Part shown: in pieces, positions 44,178 to 48,360 of the stretch
Numbering within the stretch: position 1 is the stretch's first letter
Layout: every line of letters begins with the position of its first letter
Source: Bdellovibrionota bacterium
Lineage (GTDB): Bacteria > Bdellovibrionota_C > UBA2361 > SZUA-149 > JAITKM01
Length of the DNA: 48,360 nt
Direction of reading: 5' to 3'
Assembly (NCBI GenBank): GCA_031548505.1
Contig: JAVBQZ010000133.1
Coordinates: 1 to 48,360 of the forward strand
Made by a program: the position numbers and the translations under genes
The notes under the pieces: generated by a model
Databases searched by the model: none
What the model was told of the DNA's origin: nothing
Seen by the model: only the letters and a program-made list of their open reading frames with translations

Positions 44178-45527
44178 GTGATAGGCGGTTTCTTTGATGC
44201 TACAAAAATACCTGAACTTAGAAAACGACTTTTATTTGTCGTCCTAATGTTAATAATTTATCGTATCGGCGTGTTTATTCCTATTCCGGGAATTGACGTC
44301 ATGGCGTTTAAAAGTTTTATGGAGCAAAGTGCTGCGGCCGGAATTTTCGGTATGGCAAATATGTTTTCGGGTGGTGCATTAGAAAATTTCTCAATCATGG
44401 CTCTCGGGATTATGCCTTATATTTCGGTGAGCATCATCATGCAATTATTGCAGCATACTTTTAAACCGTTAGAAGAATTAGCAAAGGAAGGGCAACAAGG
44501 GCGTAAAAAAATTTCACGTTATACGCGTTTTTTAACAGTCTTTCTGGCTTTGTTTCAGGGATATGTTATCAGTGCAGGACTTGAAGCGCAGGGTGGGATT
44601 GTTGAAACACCGGGGTTAGCTTTTAGAGTTTGTACAGCGATTACACTTTGTACAGGTACAATGTTCATAATGTGGCTTGGTGAACAAATTACGGAACGAG
44701 GAATTGGCAATGGTATCAGTATCATTATTATGTCGGGTATTGTTGCGAGAATGCCTGCAGGAATCGGAAGCACGTACACATTACTTGCTGATGATGATGC
44801 TTATGGTAAGTTTTTACTATTGTTCCTTTTTGGACTTTTGGTAATTTCTTTTGTGGTTTTTATTGAGCGTTCACTTCGGGAAATTCCAGTTAAATATCCA
44901 TCGCGTGCGGTTGGACGTGGGCAGATGGCTAAATCATTTACACAATATTTACCACTTAAGTTGAATAGTTCGGGTGTGATGCCTGCAATTTTTGCATCGG
45001 CGTTCATCAGTTTACCGATCATGATTATTCAATTTTTACATCTTGATTCGATGCAATGGTTTTTAGATCATATTAATCGTGGTGGTGGTTTGTATGAAGT
45101 AATTTTTGGTGCACTTATTGTGTTCTTTTGCTTCTTCTATACTGCACTTGTATTTGACCCGGATAAATTATCTGATAATTTAAAGAGTAATGGTGGTTTT
45201 ATTCCTACTGTACGTCCGGGCAAAGATACTGCAATCTTTATTGGTAATGTAATTACGCGTTTAACGGTTTGGGGCGCTGCTTACATGTGTATTGTTTGTA
45301 TCGTGCCACAAGTCATTTATCGTGAATTTAATGCAGTAAGCTTTAGTTATTTCTTTGGTGGAACGGCTGTGCTTATTACTGTCGGTGTTGTGATAGATAC
45401 TATTTCACAAATTGAACCGTATTTGGTTTCGCGCAACTACGAAAGTTTAATGAAAAAAGGCGCCGGCAAAGTTCGTGGCATAGGTCAGGCAATGCCTCAC
45501 ATGAAAGGGAAGTTGATACAGAGATAG
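44178..45527 (+). CDS. secY: Preprotein translocase subunit SecY
   Basis: 449 aa. GTG start preceded by aaggagag. Canonical motifs LGIMPYISVSII and GEQITERGIGNGISIII, and 10 TM-like segments. Confidence 0.9.
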   Translation: MIGGFFDATKIPELRKRLLFVVLMLIIYRIGVFIPIPGIDVMAFKSFMEQSAAAGIFGMANMFSGGALENFSIMALGIMPYISVSIIMQLLQHTFKPLEELAKEGQQGRKKISRYTRFLTVFLALFQGYVISAGLEAQGGIVETPGLAFRVCTAITLCTGTMFIMWLGEQITERGIGNGISIIIMSGIVARMPAGIGSTYTLLADDDAYGKFLLLFLFGLLVISFVVFIERSLREIPVKYPSRAVGRGQMAKSFTQYLPLKLNSSGVMPAIFASAFISLPIMIIQFLHLDSMQWFLDHINRGGGLYEVIFGALIVFFCFFYTALVFDPDKLSDNLKSNGGFIPTVRPGKDTAIFIGNVITRLTVWGAAYMCIVCIVPQVIYREFNAVSFSYFFGGTAVLITVGVVIDTISQIEPYLVSRNYESLMKKGAGKVRGIGQAMPHMKGKLIQR

Positions 45528-45530
45528 AAC

Positions 45531-45712
45531 TTATACTCCTATTACTTGAATTTTCCTGCAAAAAGCGTTGAAAGTTTTTCAATTCAAACATTTTTTTGTT
45601 TGGTTATCGCTTCGCGATGTTGTTTATATTATAAACAACAGTATATTTGTACATGGCTCCGCGTCGTAACGCTATACTCATGTTTCTAAGGATTTCAAAA
45701 AAATGCAGAAAT
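45531..45712 (+). repeat. Intergenic repeat family 1, copy 1 (about 180 bp)
   Basis: Aligns by eye with 47818-47995. The two share a perfect 28-nt block, ttttttgtttggttatcgcttcgcgatg, plus agtatatttgta and atggctccgc. Confidence 0.75.
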
Positions 45713-45740
45713 TATCAGAGGCGAGTATAAACCTACTTTA

Positions 45741-46394
45741 ATGCAGAATCTTATGAAAAAAAGCTTATCTTTTATTATTTTTTTTATCCTAGCTATTGTG
45801 CTTGTTCCTTTTGCAAATGCTGAAACTATCGAAGGGATTTATGATAATTACCAAATTATTTACTCTCCATCGTCCAATAGTTTTGCGCCGGGTGGTATGG
45901 CTGAAGATAGAATGGTGTTAGCAAAGAAGACATCTTCAGGTTCCGGTAGTTATTCATCTTATTTTTTGCAAGATAAAGAAGTTATTACTCTTGGCTCTAA
46001 TTTTGAATTCATAAAAGATGGAAAACTAATAGCTTGTCATAATTCAAACTTAACATTTTACAATGTAGTGTACGCTGATGGTAAATTTTCTGAGAAACAA
46101 ATGACGGAAAAAGAAGTTCAGGAATTATTTCCGGATGCGAAAATAATAAAGATATCCCAGTTTTCAAAAGGGAAATTTAAAGTAAGTAAGCCGGCTGGTA
46201 AAGATTTAGAAATTATTTTATTAAACGATACGGATAAAGATTTTTATAAATATTCTTACAATCCTTCAGAAGTAAAGAAAACTGATATTGCAGGGTTAAT
46301 AGAAATTTCAAAACCTGGAAAAATAGAATTTTCGCATTTTGGAGAAAATACTAAGAATTCACCAAAATACATTATAGAAGTAAAAGCTGAGTAA
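45741..46394 (+). CDS. Secreted hypothetical protein
   Basis: 217 aa. Signal peptide MKKSLSFIIFFILAIVLVPFANA. The start is probably ATG 45753. Confidence 0.6.
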   Translation: MQNLMKKSLSFIIFFILAIVLVPFANAETIEGIYDNYQIIYSPSSNSFAPGGMAEDRMVLAKKTSSGSGSYSSYFLQDKEVITLGSNFEFIKDGKLIACHNSNLTFYNVVYADGKFSEKQMTEKEVQELFPDAKIIKISQFSKGKFKVSKPAGKDLEIILLNDTDKDFYKYSYNPSEVKKTDIAGLIEISKPGKIEFSHFGENTKNSPKYIIEVKAE

Positions 46395-46424
46395 ATAAAA
46401 AATAACAAAGAATCAACTAAATTT

Positions 46425-46462
46425 ACAATCCTTTCATGATGACTGCGGTATGAAAGGATTGT
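46425..46462. other. Perfect 13-bp-stem hairpin between convergent genes
   Basis: acaatcctttcat (46425-46437) pairs with atgaaaggattgt (46450-46462), 12-nt loop. No flanking T-run. It is part of repeat family 2. Confidence 0.5.
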
Positions 46463-46520
46463 AGAATTAGCCCTGCACCAGTTAGAGTTAGTTAATCCGG
46501 TTGATATAAAATTAATACAG

Positions 46521-47084
46521 CTAATAACGAAAACAACCAATAATATGGTCATCCACATGACCGGTCGCCTGTAAAAAAGCATAACAAATTGTCGAACCGA
46601 AAAACTTAAATCCTCGCTTTTTCATATCTGCTGCAATTGCATCAGATAAATCCGATCTAGCCGGAATTTCCTTAATGCTTTTAAATTTGTTTTTAACAAT
46701 TTTTCCATTAGGCAAAAAGCGACTAAGATAATTTGAAAAGCTTCCAAATTCTTTCTGAATTTCAATAAATAATTTTGCGTTAATTATAGCCCCATTAATT
46801 TTTAGGCGATTTCTAATTATGCCTTCATTCTTCATAAGTTTTTCGACATCATCAGATGAAAACATTGCTACCTTTTTAACATTAAATCCCGCAAATGCTT
46901 TACGATAGTGATCGCGACGCTTTAAAATTGTAATCCATGATAAACCTGCCTGAGCGCCTTCTAAAATCAAAAACTCAAACAATATTTTATCATCATTAAC
47001 AAATTTTCCCCATTCTTCATCATGGTATTTTTTATAGATAGGATCATCACCGCACCAATCACATCTTATATAATTTTTCATCAT
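46521..47084 (-). CDS. tag: DNA-3-methyladenine glycosylase I
   Basis: 187 aa. CDWCGDDPIYKKYHDEEWG...FEFLILEGAQAGLSWITILKKR is typical of Tag. Confidence 0.85.
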   Translation of the reverse strand: MMKNYIRCDWCGDDPIYKKYHDEEWGKFVNDDKILFEFLILEGAQAGLSWITILKRRDHYRKAFAGFNVKKVAMFSSDDVEKLMKNEGIIRNRLKINGAIINAKLFIEIQKEFGSFSNYLSRFLPNGKIVKNKFKSIKEIPARSDLSDAIAADMKKRGFKFFGSTICYAFLQATGHVDDHIIGCFRY

Positions 47085-47150
47085 ATTATCCTTTTATAAG
47101 TATTTAATAACTATCTTATTTTATCTTGGTGGAATTAAGTTAAAGGAGAT

Positions 47151-47241
47151 AAAAAATAGTAAAAAATCGGTTAGTTTTAAAATTTATTTCATACTGCAAT
47201 TATTATGAAGGGATTATCAAAAGTATCACACATCAGTTATT
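47151..47241 (+). repeat. Intergenic repeat family 2, copy B
   Basis: Aligns by eye with 48077-48167 at most positions over about 90 nt, sharing ggttagttttaaaatttattt. The termini also resemble 46396-46490. Confidence 0.7.
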
Positions 47242-47282
47242 TTATTCAACCACCTTTTATTCAATACTGTTGTCTAATAACC

Positions 47283-47813
47283 TTACTGGTCTTTTGTTTC
47301 CAGAATATTCAGCACTGTAGACATGGTAATATGCGGAGTAGAGTTCGTATTATCTATTTTATATTCATTTTTTAAGGTCGGTCGTTCTTGTACACCTTTA
47401 TTCAGAGATATGGCTGTTTCATAATCTTTCCATCCTGAATCTCGAGGGCTTAAAACACGTTCCTTTAATCTTTCATCGCAAGTTAAAAATAATGTGAAGA
47501 TAATATAGTCTAAATCAGAAAAAAGGTGGGGGATTTTAGTAATCCGTTCATCTGTAAAATCTGTTAGGAGAATGTTTTTATAGCCGTATTTTAGGTAATT
47601 CCGGACAATAAAATTCAAATTTTCAAAAGACATTTCTTCTTCTTTTTTGTTAGCGTTACTCCACTCATCATCCAAATGAAATTGTCTAATCCAACCAAAA
47701 TCAATGGTCGGTGGGAAAGATAACTCTGCACGCAATGCCTTTAACAAAGTTGTTTTCCCTGCCCCCGGCGGACCTGCAATGATAATTACATCCTTGTTAT
47801 ATTCTTTTTTCAT
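47283..47813 (-). CDS. P-loop NTPase (small kinase-like)
   Basis: 176 aa. Walker A IIAGPPGAGKTTLLKAL. The size and layout resemble nucleotide/antibiotic kinase-like proteins. Confidence 0.6.
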   Translation of the reverse strand: MKKEYNKDVIIIAGPPGAGKTTLLKALRAELSFPPTIDFGWIRQFHLDDEWSNANKKEEEMSFENLNFIVRNYLKYGYKNILLTDFTDERITKIPHLFSDLDYIIFTLFLTCDERLKERVLSPRDSGWKDYETAISLNKGVQERPTLKNEYKIDNTNSTPHITMSTVLNILETKDQ

Positions 47814-47817
47814 AAGA

Positions 47818-47995
47818 TTATACTCCTGTTACTTGATTTTCCCGGTATAGCGTTCGTAAATTTTACAAATATCTTTTTTGTTTGGTTATCGCTTCGCGAT
47901 GCTATTGTTATTATAAACAGGAGTATATTTGTATATGGCTCCGCTATCGCTCCGCATATTCATGCTCCTAAAGGGTTAAAAGAAATCAGGGAAAC
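47818..47995 (+). repeat. Intergenic repeat family 1, copy 2
   Basis: See 45531-45712. Begins 5 nt beyond the start codon of the minus-strand P-loop gene. Confidence 0.75.
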
Positions 47996-48076
47996 TCAAG
48001 GAACATGAGTGTATTTCTGTGCGTTTTTTTGTTTATTTTCTTTTTCTGTAGAATTAAATTATACTGGTTAAAAATA

Positions 48077-48167
48077 AAAAAATAGCAAAGAATTGGTTAG
48101 TTTTAAAATTTATTTTATACTATGATTATTACGAAAGGATTGTCAAAAGAACCCTGCGCCAGTTATT
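48077..48167 (+). repeat. Intergenic repeat family 2, copy C
   Basis: See 47151-47241. Confidence 0.7.
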
Positions 48168-48324
48168 AACAATTAAGATAGAAACTCACGAACAACTGCA
48201 TTGGCTACTGCAAACCCTACTAAAAAACAACTTTACAGGGACATATTTTATATTCTCTTTAAAGAATCATAGAATTGTGGCACCTTGAGATGCCGATTTA
48301 TTTATCATTTTTCAAAGGAGAAAT

Positions 48325-48360
48325 ATGAAACTACATACTTTATTTCTAATACTATTTTGC
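48325..48360 (+). CDS. Start of a secreted or membrane protein (runs off the window end)
   Basis: aaaggagaaat precedes the ATG. MKLHTLFLILFC looks like a signal peptide. Only 12 codons are visible. Confidence 0.35.
   Translation, partial: MKLHTLFLILFC

Noticed and set aside
46256-46582. 108-aa minus-strand ORF spanning the 45741..46394 / tag intergenic region
   Set aside because: It overlaps the 3' ends of both convergent, better-supported genes. It also reads straight through the 13-bp hairpin and repeat element.

Overview
Low-GC bacterial chromosome segment. Spanin-like and lipoprotein genes suggest a diderm host, and TGA is used as a stop codon. The centre of the window (5265-43709, about 38.4 kb) is an integrated, apparently complete contractile-tailed temperate prophage. 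It sits in a tRNA-Asn(GTT) gene and is bounded by a perfect 54-bp direct repeat (attL 5265-5318, attR 43656-43709).

Prophage content, left to right:
- Tyrosine integrase (+).
- A small minus-strand operon of unknown function next to int.
- Two plus-strand genes, one of them a displaced Dit-like tail gene.
- A visibly AT-richer 4-kb accessory island (10.6-14.75 kb).
- A long minus-strand late region: tape measure, chaperone, tube, sheath, connectors, capsid, scaffold, baseplate, lysis cassette, 1153-aa tail fibre, MuF, portal fused to an ADP-ribosyltransferase domain, TerL, TerS.
- A minus-strand early region: a wHTH protein, a DUF1376 replication protein with internal iteron-like repeats, RecT, DUF1351, a YqaJ-type exonuclease.

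The best candidates for an undescribed system are in the accessory island. One is a translationally coupled three-gene operon (TIGR04255-like protein, 69-aa protein, 195-aa protein with QGDI...SQDCDL motifs). The other, divergently transcribed, is a small membrane protein followed by a TM2-TerB_N fusion.

Other notable points:
- A 10-nt motif, TTAACACAAG, forms the -35 element of three late transcription units with an identical 16-nt spacer.
- An ORF directly upstream of terS is split at an A9 homopolymer.
- The late modules are in a permuted order.
- I could not recognise a repressor.

Host flanks:
- Left: a truncated AAA ATPase, hipBA, a HAD hydrolase and a DUF1893-like lipoprotein.
- Right: a stand-alone secY, a secreted protein, tag, a P-loop NTPase and two families of intergenic repeats.

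All family assignments come from motif recognition by eye. No searches were run.
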